A DNA stretch of 64,000 nucleotides from Octopus sinensis. Its lineage: Eukaryota. The stretch is taken from contig NC_043000.1 in the NCBI RefSeq assembly GCF_006345805.1, positions 68,634,001-68,698,000 of the forward strand. Direction: 5' to 3'. Under the pieces are notes generated by a model. That model was not told the DNA's origin, ran no database searches, and saw only the letters and a list, made by a program, of their open reading frames with translations. This document shows, one piece after another, positions 1 through 13,074 of the stretch. Numbering within the stretch: position 1 is the first letter of the stretch; each line of letters begins with the position of its first letter. The position numbers were made by a program, and so were the translations under genes.

Positions 1-940
1 CGGTGAGCAGGTGTGGTCTTCGTTCGTCAAGCTGTTATTTCCACAGTTCACATCGTTTACCAAACTGAACCCATGGATCAAGTGTAGACCGAGGTTGGGC
101 ATGTGGCATGTAGAGTGCCATCAGGCACTCGTGCTTCTCTCCCAGTCGGGCAAAGCCGGTGGCGGGGGTACTACCTCGTTCTTCTATAGAGGGTTAGTAG
201 AGTTTAAGTGTGACGACGTCCTGGGAGAAAACCTGGGCTTCGACGAAAATCAACTGGCCAGCCTGTTCCAAAGGACATTCGGTCCGGGGCCTATGGATAA
301 TTACCAAAAGTCCCTGGCCTGGCAATGTTACAGAGGAGCTTTACCGGTTCGAGATTAGCTCTTTAGACATGGGTGTGCACCTTCGCCGGTTTGTGCAAGA
401 TGTGAGGGGGACAGTGAAACTGTCCTGCACGCGATTGTGCAATACCCCAAGGTGACTGAACTCTGGGCTTATGTCAAACACCTGCTGTCGCATTCGAGAA
501 GAGTACAACTGTCGAGCGAATCTGTAATTAAGATAGTTCTGCCGATCTCCCTGAATAGGGAGGAGCGAGCCTGTTTTCTCTCGGTAGTTGCTATGGCGAA
601 AGAAGTAGTATGAAAGGCGAGAGTGAAAGGAATTGCAACAGGCATGTTTATCTCCAGTCTCGAGCTAATCGACTTCTTCGTTTTCCACATGAAACGGAAA
701 ATAAGGCTGGAGAAGAAATGCCTGTCGCAAAGTGTGTTTCGTAAAAGATGGAAGTATATAGCAAGTATGTTGCGAGTGAAAGAACCTGTTTAATCGAGAA
801 AGTAAAAAAGGAGAAAGCGAAGTCTTCAGTGTGAGTATGTGGTTTATGGGGTCAACCGCGTCCTCCGCTTCATTTTTTGTTATTCACTCATTCCCATTTA
901 ATTGTATATATTTTAACTGTTTGTTTAACTGTTTGTTTGT
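1..940 (+). mobile_element. Tx1/L1-clade LINE, 3' end of ORF2 (C-terminal zinc-binding region) and 3' UTR, decayed
   Basis: Frame of ORF 11..358 continues through stops at 356-358 and ~610 to TAA at 791-793: KSLAWQCYRGALPVRD*LFRHGCAPSPVCARCEGDSETVLHAIVQYPKVTELWAYV...RWKYIASMLRVKEPV*. The CxxC..ET..H motif is typical of the L1/Tx1 zf-RVT region; TTTG-rich tail near 910-945. Confidence 0.8.
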
Positions 941-1021
941 TTAACGTTTCGTCTCATTCGATACCCTGACCCCAACGTTTGTTTTGTCCCCCTCTTTTTC
1001 TCAACCTTATGGTGAATACAG

Positions 1022-1028
<7 letters not shown>

Positions 1029-1073
<45 letters not shown>

Positions 1074-1088
1074 TCTCTCTCTCTCTCT
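1029..1088. repeat. (CT)n microsatellite
   Basis: Direct reading. Confidence 0.95.
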
Positions 1089-1136
1089 GCCGTGAGCTCA
1101 ATGACATCAGACAGCTAAGTGATATATTCCTTTCTA

Positions 1137-1353
1137 AAGGCAGCGAGCTGGCAGAAACGTTAGCACGACAGGCAAATTGCTTAGCGGTATTTCGGCTGAC
1201 TTTACGTTCTGAGTTCAAATTCCGCCGAGGTCGACTTGGTCTTTCAGTCTTTTGGAGTCCATAAATTAAGTACCAGTTGCGTACTGGGGTCGCTGTAATC
1301 GACTGGCCCCCTCCTCCCAAATTTCGGGCCTTGTGCCTAGAGTAGAAAAGGAT
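1137..1353 (+). mobile_element. SINE family A copy
   Basis: aaggcagcgagctggcagaa...gttctgagttcaaattccgccgaggtcgac...gtaccagttgcgtactggggtcg...ttgtgcctagagtagaaaag; recurs more than 15 times in the window. Confidence 0.9.
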
Positions 1354-1361
1354 ACGTTCCT

Positions 1362-1567
1362 ATCTATTATAGGCACAAGGCCTGAAATTTTGTGAGTGGA
1401 TGCTAGTCGATTACATCAACTCCAGTGCTGGTACCAATTTTATCGTTCTAGAAAGAATGAAAGGCAAAGTCGACTTCAGCGGAATTTGAATTCAGAAGGT
1501 AACGACAGACGAAATTCTGCTAAGCGTTTTATCTGGCATGCTAATGATTCTGCCAACTCGCTGCCTT
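1362..1567 (-). mobile_element. SINE family A copy, inverted relative to 1137-1353
   Basis: Reverse complement of the family A consensus. Confidence 0.88.
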
Positions 1568-1585
1568 AGTTAAAATATATAGAGA

Positions 1586-1780
1586 TTTCAAATTCTAGCA
1601 CAAAGACAGCAATTTTTGTTGGGGTGGGTTAGTCGATTATATCAACCCCAGGCTCAGCTAGCACTTATTTTATCGACCCCGAAAGAAAGAAAGGCAAAGT
1701 CGACTTCTGTGAAATTTGAACTCAGAAAGTAAAGACATGAAACGTCGCTAAGCCTTTTGTCCGGCGTGCTAACGGTTTTG
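1586..1780 (-). mobile_element. SINE family A copy
   Basis: tttatcgaccccgaaagaaagaaaggcaaagtcgac...gaactcagaa core. Confidence 0.85.
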
Positions 1781-1879
1781 ACTTATACTTCTACAATACA
1801 CCAAATATTTAGATATTTTTTAATACAATTCCTAATACTTAATTATAAAATCATAACGGTATTTTTTAAACATCGAAGG

Positions 1880-1951
1880 AGTAGGAAGATCCACCCGAGT
1901 AAAATGGAAATCACAGGGGTTCCATAGGTAAGAAAGGGTTGATAAACACTG
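1880..1951. mobile_element. Solo end of a hAT (Charlie-like) MITE
   Basis: Ends gttgataaacactg (rc cagtgtttatcaac), the same TIR as the 15942 element, followed by atctagat, which fits the NTCTAGAN hAT target. Left end not found. Confidence 0.5.
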
Positions 1952-2450
1952 ATCTAGATGAAAATATGTACCGCGTGGTGGTGACTGCTATAAAAACAAT
2001 GAGTGGTGAATTGGTGAGTGTGCTCTTAGTGCGAGTGTAACTTAGAGAACAAAGTATCCGCTCCAAGCTGAATCACCCAAGGTACACTATACAAACCTCA
2101 TGACTTTAATGATGCCTAACCACTCACCTTATTTGTGTGTGCATGTGCAAAAGTGTGATCCATGTATGTCAATGGTTTTGGGGAGTTACGGACGAAATAC
2201 ATATAAGTTTATACCATATATGACGCTTTCTAGGAGAGCATTGGTAACGTAAGTGAGTTAGTTCTGAACATGACTAATAGTAGCGAAATTGTTATAAATA
2301 TCTTTGATGACCGAGGTTCATGCGATGAAATGGCGATTACAGAGATATATTTAAAACTAATAATGATTTTCAGACTTCAATAAGAAAATTTCAAATGTTT
2401 ATGAATACACAGACGCACGCACACGCGCACGCACGCACACACACACACAC

Positions 2451-2500
2451 ACATACATACATACATACATACATACATACATACATACATACATACATAC
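2451..2500. repeat. (ACAT)n microsatellite at the 5' junction of R4-like LINE #1
   Basis: Direct reading. Confidence 0.95.
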
Positions 2501-5390
2501 AGCTACTAATTAACAATATTGTCCAAGATAAAAGAAAAAAAATTGCAGGAATTTAACCGTAGTGTGGCTGACCTACTAGAAGGCTTTCGATAGTATATCA
2601 TATAAGTGGATTATCAAGGCATTACAGTTAGCCCTAGTTCCACAACCACTAGTGAGTGCTATTGAACGCCTGACCAAAACTTGATACATCACTCTGCTCT
2701 TTAGGATTGATAAGGAGCAAATTGAGTCGGATAACATTCACTACCAGAAAGATATCTTTCAGAGCGATAGCCTGTCGGTGTTACTCTTTGTCCTCTTATT
2801 AAATATGCTTTCATCTCTGATCATAAGATATAGTGACAAAAGAAATGGATCCAGAAGTATCTCCCATCTTTTCTTTGTTAACGACTTGAAACTCTATGGG
2901 CCGAATATCAAACACATAAAAACAGATGGATCTTATAACCCAATTTTCTACAGACATTGGGATGAAATTTGGTGAGTCTAAATATGCATTTTTGACAATA
3001 AGATATGGGAAAGTCGTGACCTTCTCTGAAAGCCTAAAATTGGACGGTTTGACAATATAACCTCTGCAGCTAGCCAGGTGACAATTATAGGTAACTCGGA
3101 CAGGATGAGAATGTCAGATATGATGGACCCATGAATGAGAGGACAGAAATTAATACCCCAGGAGAGCAAAGAGAACATGGTCATTGGAACTCTTAGCTTA
3201 CAACAAACATATTGTCCACAACACTTTTGCAGTGCTTGTCCTCACGCCTACGTTTGGCTTTCTGAACTGGTCACTGCAAAAACTCATTGAGAAAGATGTT
3301 CAAACTCGCAACTGCTCAGTGTTACAGGAAACTTCAACATCAATGGAGATTATAAGTGGATTATCAAGGCTTTACAATGAAGGTGGCCGTGCTCTCAAAT
3401 TTTTATTGCTGTCATACGAAGGACATAGTGTGACACTGAAACATCTGCAGCAGAGGAAAGAGATCAGAAACTATTTTGTCTAAGTTTGTGACCATGAAAC
3501 CAACAACATACTTAGGATAGCTAATGAACTTGAGGAGAGGTATGAAATAATAACTGATACAGATCTTTCCCCAAGGAGCATTGATAAAATCGATTTATCA
3601 GAACAACAGAAGAAAATAATGAACCAATTCTCTGAGAAGATAGTATCTGTCAAAAGCTTGACATGGAATACCAACAAGTTCTGTCATCCCATTTATAAGG
3701 CTACATTCATACAATCCCTGAACAAGAGATCCCCATTAAGTACCTATAGCATAAAAAGTAGAAGATGTTGACAGACAACAAATGTAGGCTGTGCAAGACC
3801 AACACATAAGACGTTCAACCAGATTATTTGCAAACTGCAAGAGAATGTCTTCAAGATATTATCTTTTCATGAGACATGATGCGGTGGTCAGAACAGTCTG
3901 GATCAGGATAACAAAACAGAAAATACTTGCAAAGTTAACTATATTATGACCGATGGGTCAAAAGAATATTGGTAGAACTCAAAAATTTAAACAACCACTA
4001 AGTTAAAACACAACCGACCAGATATCATTGTTTGGGACCACAAAGAAAAGGTATGTTCCGTTGTGGAAATCAGGTGCCATCTGGGTATGGGGGATGATAG
4101 AGAACTTCCTACTCCAACTCCTGTAGGCTCGCCAATGTCATTTTTGCGATATCTGGTCTGCCGTTGTCTTGCAATAAAATAGGAGTCGATCTGTTGACTA
4201 ATCTAGGCTGGGCTTTTTTTGTAAATTTCTGCATCATTTGGTCCAGTTGGCTGCAGTATACTTTGGCCGTAATTGATGAGCCAGGTTTAAGGAAATCATA
4301 ATGAATCACACCTGCACCAGACCACCAAACACACACCATCAGCTTCTTTTGATGAATTTTGCTTTTTAGACTGTGTTTTGGTGGCTCGTCTTTGTCCAAT
4401 CATAGTGCTGAACGTTTACTGTTGTTGTATAGGATCCATTTCTCATCACATGTTACAATTCGATTATACATTCTGTGACGAGACAAGTAGCATAATGCAG
4501 GCTTCCAAAATTTGCTGTTTCTGATTTAGAACCTACTTATCCAACTTTTTCACTTTAACGATTTGAACTAGGTGAGTCAATACTGTTTGCTTACTAACAC
4601 CAAACAACAAGGATAATTCACGGACACTTTGAGATGGATCTGACTCGACGGTGGCTTTCAGTTCGTCATTATCCATTTTTGTTTCTGGTCGACCGCGTTG
4701 CTCGTTTGTGAGGTCAAAGTTACCAGATCGAAATTTTGCAAACCAATTTGATACTGTCTGTTTTGTAATAGCATTAAAATTAAATACTCAATTAATATTC
4801 CGAGTTGTCTGTGATGCTGTATTTCCAAGAAAGAATTCATGTTTCAAAACTGTACAAATTTCCGATTTATCCATCTCTAAATAAAAATAGCAAAAAACGA
4901 TTTATAAATACTTTATAAAGCGCAAAATGAGTAAGAATAAAGAAGTAGATGAGTCAGCTTTCTGACAAAAAATACAGATTGTCAAAATATAATAATGGCG
5001 CAAAATGGACAGCTGTTTACCACATACCTAACTACAAATTTCATACTTGACGGCCTAATACAAGAGAAGTAGGGCATCTACGGACCATTGTTAAGGAATT
5101 TACAAATCCAGTGCACAAGATACACTTTCAGTTTCACACACACTATTATTCGGGCAACAGGATACATACCAACTTGTCTGGGGAAATATATGGCTGAACT
5201 TGGAATTTTGGGGAAAGAATGCAAATCCTCAATTCTTGCGCTACAAACTATCACGATAACTGTGACTATAAAAATCTGCAAGACCTTAAGATTTAAAGGA
5301 TGACAGTTAAATCAAGATATTTTTCTTCATAACCTTACTGTCAAATAGGTGGCAGGTCAAAATTTACTCTAAATTAAAAAGAGAAAGTGA
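2500..5390 (+). mobile_element. R4/Dong-like RLE LINE #1, 5'-truncated, decayed, interrupted by mariner at ~4090-5060
   Basis: RT: QLLINNI..RNLTVVW..KAFDSISYKWIIKAL..DIFQSDSLSVLLF..ISHLFFVNDLKLY..DIGMKFGESK; GGR motif (~3385); KCRLCK zinc knuckle (~3780); RLE KHNRPDIIVWDHKEKVCSVVEI (4006-4077); resumes after mariner as EK*GIYGPLLRNLQ..IIRATGYIP..TIKICKTLRFKG* (to 5303); UTR runs into (ACAT)n. Confidence 0.88.
4090..5058 (-). mobile_element. Mariner transposon, 3'-truncated, decayed transposase
   Basis: ATG at 4874 (MDKSEI..); RIVTCDEKWILYNN; KKLMVCVWWSGAGVIHYDFLKPG..ILLQDNGRP; EVLYHPPY; 5' TIR-like (ta)ttaggccgtcaagtatgaaat with TA at 5059-5060. Confidence 0.9.
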
Positions 5391-5438
5391 ACATACATAC
5401 ATACATACATACATACATACATACATACATACATACAT
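5391..5438. repeat. (ACAT)n microsatellite at the 3' end of R4-like LINE #1
   Basis: Direct reading. Confidence 0.95.
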
Positions 5439-5897
5439 AATGTATACATACATACATGCATACATACATATCTATATCTATCTATATATATATAGATATA
5501 TATTGTACAAAAAGAGATAAAGTACATATATATACATATTGTAAAGAAATTCAAAGGACCACTGTTTGTTTATATGTTTAAAAATACCTTTAATGCATTA
5601 CGAGAAAAACTATAAGGCAGACAAAAAAATCAAAGAACAAATAAAGATAAAGAAAAGACGACGAACAAGAGTATAAAGTTAATATAATCACGTTTTGAAG
5701 AAAGGGCTAGAAGAGAATTGAACAATGGTCAATCGTCAAGCATAGTAAAGAGGAAAAAGAGAAAAAGGAAAAGAATATTAAGTGTATAAAGAAAAAAAAA
5801 ACGATCTTGATTTGAGTAAAGCAAGAAGATAAATGGCAAAACGGAACTGGGTAGAGCGGAAATGTGAAGATCTGTAGTTTTCAGCCAAAATAAAAAG

Positions 5898-6004
<107 letters not shown>

Positions 6005-6407
6005 GTTAAGCGAAATAAGCATGGGATAATATATGGAAATGTGCATGTTATGTATGTTTGTGTGTGTATGGAAGTATGTGTGAACATGTGTGAAAGCGTG
6101 TGCATTTGGAGAATAGATGTGAATTTAGTATGTTACTATGTGGGTGGTATGAATAGTACGTAATAATGTGTATAATAGAAAGTGTTGTTGATGAGCAGTG
6201 TGTCTGTAATGAAATTCTGTAGTGGATGAGTAGTGCAGCATTCATGTATGTGTGTGAAACTGGGATGTGATGAGTACGTTAGGTCGTTTATTGATGTATG
6301 GGGTTAGTAAATGGGGAGAAATGTTTTTAGAGGAAAGCAATTCGATTATTAATTCCAGCTGGGTGAGCTGTGTTTCACTGGAAAATTAATTGTTATTCAT
6401 GATGCGG

Positions 6408-6475
<68 letters not shown>

Positions 6476-7329
6476 CAGTGGTTCTGTATGCTACTGCAAA
6501 CGGTAAGATTCTGATAGATGTGACCTGGAAAACTGAAGTGACAAGATACAGGCTTGAGTGTTATAGTGATGTTGCACCAGACATCCAACAAATATTCTCT
6601 AAGCCGATCATCGACAAGTTTCCCCATTGTAAATCAGGCTGCAGTGCCGACAATTTTATACGATAGATAATGATATTGTAGGGGCAGGTAACACAATTGG
6701 TGAATTAGGAACGTTAGTATAGGGTGTTGTTGTTTTTTTTACACAAAGGAATAAATATTTGCCGCAGAAGCGGGAGCGGATAAAGACTCGTGGTTAGCAA
6801 GGTATGAATGAAGGACTAGAGGTTCACTCAGATTGCAGTTGAGTAACAAGGTATGCAGGTGCTGAGGAGGATGTGGAAAGTGGTGAGATCTGGTTAGAAG
6901 ATTGAAATGTTGTAGGATGGTGTGCTGGAGTAATGTGGCAGGATGGTTGGTGAAAGGGTGGGGAAGGTATTTTGTTGTTGTGCGGATACGATCGGAAGAG
7001 CGGTAGTACAGTCATTAGCACAGGCGTAACGGCAACTGCGTCAAATAATTGTTAACGGTAGCCAGGTTCCAAGATGTAGAAGATTATATAGTGTAACTGA
7101 TTATCAAAGTCAGAATTTCGACTTCAAAAGTAGCAAAGACAAAGGATGATAAAAAATATAGATAAACAGACATACACCCAACTTTTCCATTGCAAAGTGC
7201 TGTTATCGAATTTAGTTATAATAAAATAGTTAACTTTTCGATGTTGCCGTAATCTCAGCGCTTGTTACCGGGAATAGATACCAAATGTTATATCCTCTCC
7301 CGCTGAGTTCCAATAACACCAGACCACGC

Positions 7330-7438
7330 AAACATACACACACAAACACACACACACGCATGCTCATACATACACTCGTGCTCAGATACACACACACTTA
7401 CATACTCACACTCACACACACACACACACACACACATA

Positions 7439-7478
<40 letters not shown>

Positions 7479-7520
7479 CACACACACATACACACACACA
7501 CACACACAAACACACATTAC
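7330..7520. repeat. Imperfect (CA)n microsatellite
   Basis: Direct reading. Confidence 0.9.
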
Positions 7521-7620
7521 TAGCGGAACATGTGTACATTTATATCTACAAACGTCGGCAATTCTCCCATTTTTTTTTTACCAAATTTTGTCGGGAGATC
7601 CAGTTGTAATGAGTCATGCA

Positions 7621-7664
<44 letters not shown>

Positions 7665-7822
7665 CGTGTCCATGACCTCCTGTGAAGCGCTAAGAAAGGC
7701 GATGCAGAGAGTCTGAAAGATGTAATGAAGTGTGATGAAGTAGAGATGTAGAATAACATAGAGAAATGTTGTCAATTTGTTACGTAAGACTATTTTACTT
7801 TCTTCTACTGTTTCTTTAATCA

Positions 7823-7865
<43 letters not shown>

Positions 7866-8171
7866 ATTAACACGCACATATACACTATCTTTTATAGCAT
7901 ACACTTACACACACCATATATGCATAACACACATATCCGTGTGCGCACACCCACACACATAATTATTTTAATTGAGGTAAAGAGAAGTCAGATCAGCGTA
8001 AAAATATGGAATGCTTCGCGAATTTGCGTCTCTTCTGTACTTGCTTCGAAAAATAGGCAACCGATAACAAGTGAAAGTAATATATTTACATGGAGAGTTG
8101 CGTAAAATTTGCTTGCAGTAATCAGTTCATATCGTTACAGCTGTTTCGGATGGTGCTGACTAGTTGATATA

Positions 8172-8393
8172 ATAATTATTTCTACTCTAGGCAAAAGGCC
8201 TTGAAAATTTTGATGGAAGGAGGCTAGTCGATTACATCGACTCCAGTGCATAACTGGTACTTATTTCATCGATCTCGAAAGGATGAAAGGTAAAGTCGAT
8301 CTGAGCGGAATTTGAACTCATACTGTAGTGGCAGACGAAATACCACTAAGCATTTCGCTCTGCGTGATAACGATTCTGCCAGCTCGTCGTCTT
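8172..8393 (-). mobile_element. SINE family A copy
   Basis: Reverse complement of the family A consensus. Confidence 0.87.
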
Positions 8394-8758
8394 GCTTGTT
8401 GATATAATAATGCATCTTATGCAATACTGATGTTCAATAAATATGCCTTATAGAGGAAGTGGAAGGACAACCGAATGCTGAAGATGAACGCAGACTTTTC
8501 GGTAGCATAGATTGCATGCTAGTCGGCTTCGCAGATACGATATTTTAGTATTAATGATTGACCAGGAAGTGTCATAAGGTATACTATCAGCTCTGAAGTA
8601 GCGGATGTAGGTCGCCAGAGTGGTTATACAGATATTTATTTGTAAGCCTTTCAGCTGTGAAAATACATTCTTTGAAATAAGATGAATTGTTCATGAATTG
8701 GACTATTGATTTTATTATATTTGAAATGCGTTTAATTTACTTTTTAAAAAAATTAACA

Positions 8759-8955
8759 GGTGTGACTGTGTGGAAAGAAGCTTGCTTCCCAACCACATGA
8801 TTCGACCCCAGTGCGTAACTGGTACTTATTTAATCGACCCCGAAAAGATGAAAGACAAAGTCGACCTCGGTGGAATTTGAACTCACAACTTAGCGGCAGA
8901 CGAAATACTGCTAAGCATTTAGCCCGGCGTGCTAACGTTTCTGCCAGCTCGCCGA
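8759..8955. mobile_element. SINE B head fragment (+, 8759-8802) fused to a truncated SINE A (-, 8803-8955)
   Basis: gtgtggaaagaagcttgcttcccaaccacatg followed by tcgaccccagtgcgtaactggtac...ctgccagctcgcc. Confidence 0.8.
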
Positions 8956-9373
8956 CTTCACATACATGCATAATAAGATAGATAGAAATAATGGGCTGTA
9001 TACATTTATTTATTTATGATAAGTACATAGCTGTTTGAGATATGTATTAAGGGGCGTTTTGGTTTAATCTTATCAATCAATCAATTGATCAACATAAAAT
9101 ATAGGGAAGAACCAGCAGCCAAAACTTATATTCTTCAGAGCCATGTATGTATATATTGTATGTATGTATGTATGTATGTATGTATGTATGTATGTATGTA
9201 TGTATGTATGTATGTGTTCATATTTAATTATATATACACAGATAGTTAATAAAAGGGAGTGTTCATAGTATTTGGCGGGATTAGATGTTTGAATTTGAAA
9301 TAAGACAAATGACTGTATAGAATTCACAGATGTATTTATTTATTCCCTCATTATTATTATTATTATTATTATT

Positions 9374-9928
9374 GAGTGAGAGAGCAGTTCATGCCATCAA
9401 AGTGACACTGGGGTAAAATATACGAAGCCCAATATACCCATCATGACTACCCGTCTGATAAGGGTACACCAGGCACATGCATCACAACCATATGTGCGCG
9501 ACATGGTGATCTCATATCAAGATAAACAGCGCATGACCTTGCAGGTGGGGCCCAGTTAGAATTTTCTTCAGGTTGAGTAGCCCATACCGCTCAAAAGGTG
9601 CCTGAATAAGGGTTGTTTAAGGATGTTGAAAGAACCACCCATGTTTCCAGAGGTGAATTATTCAAGCCCCAAAGAATCCCTCTCAGCACATGGCTATGAT
9701 GCTCCCCCACTACTTCTGCTCGTGATCAGAGATGCACATATCGTCAGCCACTAAGGGACATGCTCAACTGGTTACGGTCAAACAACTGACAAGCAAATTT
9801 GTGGTATTGAGCAGAATATTTGCTGTAGCCCATCTTTTATACTAAGACAAAACAATGTACATGATAACACTTCCAATCAGTTAAGATCAGAAGCCATGAG
9901 AGCCACTGTCTGGTACTGCATCAGGGCA
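9374..9928. mobile_element. 555-bp non-coding element flanked by (TTA)n, copy 1
   Basis: gagtgagagagcag...ggtactgcatcagggca, with (TTA)n on both sides; colinear with copies at 10438 and 11142. Confidence 0.85.
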
Positions 9929-9943
9929 TTTATTATTATTATA

Positions 9944-10013
<70 letters not shown>

Positions 10014-10102
10014 TTGTTGTTGTTGTTGTTGTTGTTGTTATTATTATTATCATTATCATTATTATTATTATTATATTATTATTATTATTATTATTATTAT
10101 TA

Positions 10103-10143
<41 letters not shown>

Positions 10144-10145
<2 letters not shown>

Positions 10146-10345
10146 AGGCGGCGAGCAGGCAGAATTGTTAGCACACCGGGCAAAATTCTTCGCAGCATTT
10201 CGACTGTCTTTACGTTCTTAGTTAACATTCCACCTAAGTCTACTTTGCTTTACATCCTTCAGGGTCCATAAAATAAGCAGATTACTGGAGTCGATATAAT
10301 CTTCTATTCCCCTCCCACAAAATTTCAACCTTTGTGCCTATAACA
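10144..10345 (+). mobile_element. SINE family A copy within the (TTA)n array
   Basis: aaggcggcgagcaggcagaa...tgtgcctataacagaaagg followed by (ATT)n. Confidence 0.85.
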
Positions 10346-10351
10346 GAAAGG

Positions 10352-10437
<86 letters not shown>

Positions 10438-10992
10438 GAATGAGAGAGTAGTGCATGCCATCAAAGTCACACTGGGATAAAATATACGAAGCCCAGTATA
10501 CCTATCATGACTACCCGTCTGATAAGAGTACACCAGGCACATGCATCGCAACCATATGTGCGCGACATGGTGATCTCATATCAAGATAAACAGCGCATGA
10601 CCTTGCAGGTGGGGCCCAGTTAGAATTTTCTTCTGGTCGAGTAACCCATCCCGCTCAAAAGGTGCCTGAATAAGGGTTGTTTAAGGATGTTGAACGAAAC
10701 ACCCATGTTCCTAGAGGTGAATTATTCAAACCCCAAAGAATCCCTCTCAGCACATGGCTATGATGCTCCCCCACTACTTCTGCTCGTGATCAGAGATGCA
10801 CATATCGTCAGCCACTAAGGGACAAGGTCAACTGGTTAAGGCTAAACACTGACAAACAAATCTGTGGTATTGAGCAGAATATTTTCTGTAGCCCATCTTT
10901 TATACCAAGACAAAACAATGTACAATCATAGCACTTCCAGTCAGTTAAGATCAGAAGCCATGAGAGCCACTGCCTGGTACTGCATCAGGGCA
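10438..10992. mobile_element. 555-bp (TTA)n-flanked element, copy 2
   Basis: Full length and colinear with copy 1, with scattered substitutions. Confidence 0.85.
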
Positions 10993-11079
10993 ATTATTAT
11001 TATTGCCCTGATTATTATTATTATTATTATTTTATTATTATTATTATTATTATATTATTATTATTATTATTATTATTTT

Positions 11080-11111
<32 letters not shown>

Positions 11112-11141
11112 TTATTATTTTTATTATTATTATTATTATTA

Positions 11142-11751
11142 AGTGAGAGAGAAGTGATTGCCATCAAAGTGACACTGGGGTAAAATATATAAAGCCCAAT
11201 ATACCTATCAAACAACTCGTCTGATAAGAGTACCCCAGGCATATGCATCACATCTATATGTATGCGACATGGTGATTTCATATCAAGATAAACAGCACAT
11301 AACCTTGGAGGTGGAACCCAGTTAGAATTTTCTTCGGCTTGAGTAGCCCAGCCTGCTCAAAAGGTCCCTGAATAAGGTTTGTTTAAAGATGTTGAACGAA
11401 ACACCCATATTTCCTGAGTTGAATTATCGAAATCCCAAATAATTCCTCTCAACACATGGCTATGATGCTCCCCCACTACTTCTGTTCGTGATCAGAGATG
11501 CACATATCGTCAGCCACCAAAAGACATGCTCGACTAGGCCATCTTTTATACCTATTTCTTTATTACCCACAAGGGGCTAAACACAGAGGGGACAAACAAG
11601 GACAGACATAGGTATTAAGTCGATTACATCGACCCCAATGCGTAACTGGTACTTAATTTATCGACCCAAGAAAAAACACGTACATGATAACACTTCCAAT
11701 CAGTTAAGATCAGAAACCATGAGAGCCAGTGCCTGGTACTGCATCAGGGCA
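11142..11751. mobile_element. 555-bp (TTA)n-flanked element, copy 3, with an internal deletion and a SINE A fragment inserted (11553-11667, -)
   Basis: Colinear to ~11552; resumes at ~11668 (aagaaaaaacacgtacatgataac) through tcagggca. Confidence 0.82.
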
Positions 11752-11842
11752 TATTATTATTATTATTATTATTATTACTACTACTACTACTACTACTACA
11801 ACTACCACCACCACCACCACCACCACCACCACCACCACCACA

Positions 11843-11909
<67 letters not shown>

Positions 11910-12246
11910 TTATTATTATTATTATTATTATTTATCTATTTGTTTATTTTTAATTTTTGTTGCTTACTTATTACGAAGTTCTTAAAATTTCTAGTCAATA
12001 GTAATCATGTATAGCACTATTACCTAAGATATATTAATGAAACACTTTATGGATTACACGTTTTGTGAAGTGAAATATTTTTCATAGACGAAATATAATT
12101 ACAGCGTGGAAGAAATTCATGAAATGTGTTTTCTTAACATTTCTTGATAAAGCGCGTGTAGCTTTAGCAATCGAGAGAGAAGAGAGGGAAAGTTCTTAGA
12201 GTCTAAACACACACACACGCATATGTATGTAGGTACGATGGTATGC

Positions 12247-12281
<35 letters not shown>

Positions 12282-13074
12282 ACAGAGTCTCTCAAAACTA
12301 GACACCAATATCTAAGCCTAGCCCAAGCCTAATTAGGTTACCTATAAAGAAAACCAAACAATACCAAAGTAAGCGATCCCCACAAACTATGAATTCACAA
12401 ACACTTTCCACTTTACAAGAATGAAGGATAACCTAGAATAACAAGACTAAGATATAAAAAATTTACAATCGAGCATAACATGTGCATTCCCGTCATCAGC
12501 CGCCAAAATGTATATCACTATGGTTTCGACACCTGGGCAGTACCATCGAATCCAGCGGTATCCACCGAGATAAAAGTATAAACGCTGCCCAGGAATCCAC
12601 CACCTTATTACTACAAAAGCAACAGAAGAGTAAACAATCTGTAATAAGCTAAACTGCCTGCTGACAACTCATCCGCCGATTTTAGACGCTAAATAGATAA
12701 CTTATTGAAACGTAACAACCACGTATGTATATATAAACAAACATTTGTTTTTATTAGAAGTGTCGAATGTGTATTGTACAATACAAACAAGAAGGAGATA
12801 TTTTTTCGAATGCAGCTTTGCCGTTAAAACAGCAGAAATAATTGGTAATATTACCCTTACAAGGTGTTTGTTGACAACTTTTCCGCCTCGTAAGGATAAA
12901 ACTATGATAACTAATAATTACAAAATAATATTACAGCAAATAACTAATATCAAAAGGATATTCAAATAATACAACGAACGCGGACAACAAGAAACTTTGC
13001 TTCTCGATCGACGTCACATAACGAACATATCACACCTCAGAACAAGCCTAATAATGATTAGTGCGTATGTATGT

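Noticed and set aside
6478-6666. 62-aa ORF in unique sequence; likewise 57175-57396 and 15294-15515
   Set aside because: No recognisable domain or convincing splice or start context.
8128-8150. Minus-strand gaaacagctgta half-hammerhead
   Set aside because: The CUGANGA half is absent; at most a truncated PLE repeat.
9374-9928. Short resemblances to U1 (gtagtggggga) and U2 (tgcagtacc) snRNA
   Set aside because: Matches of 9-11 nt only, without colinear context.
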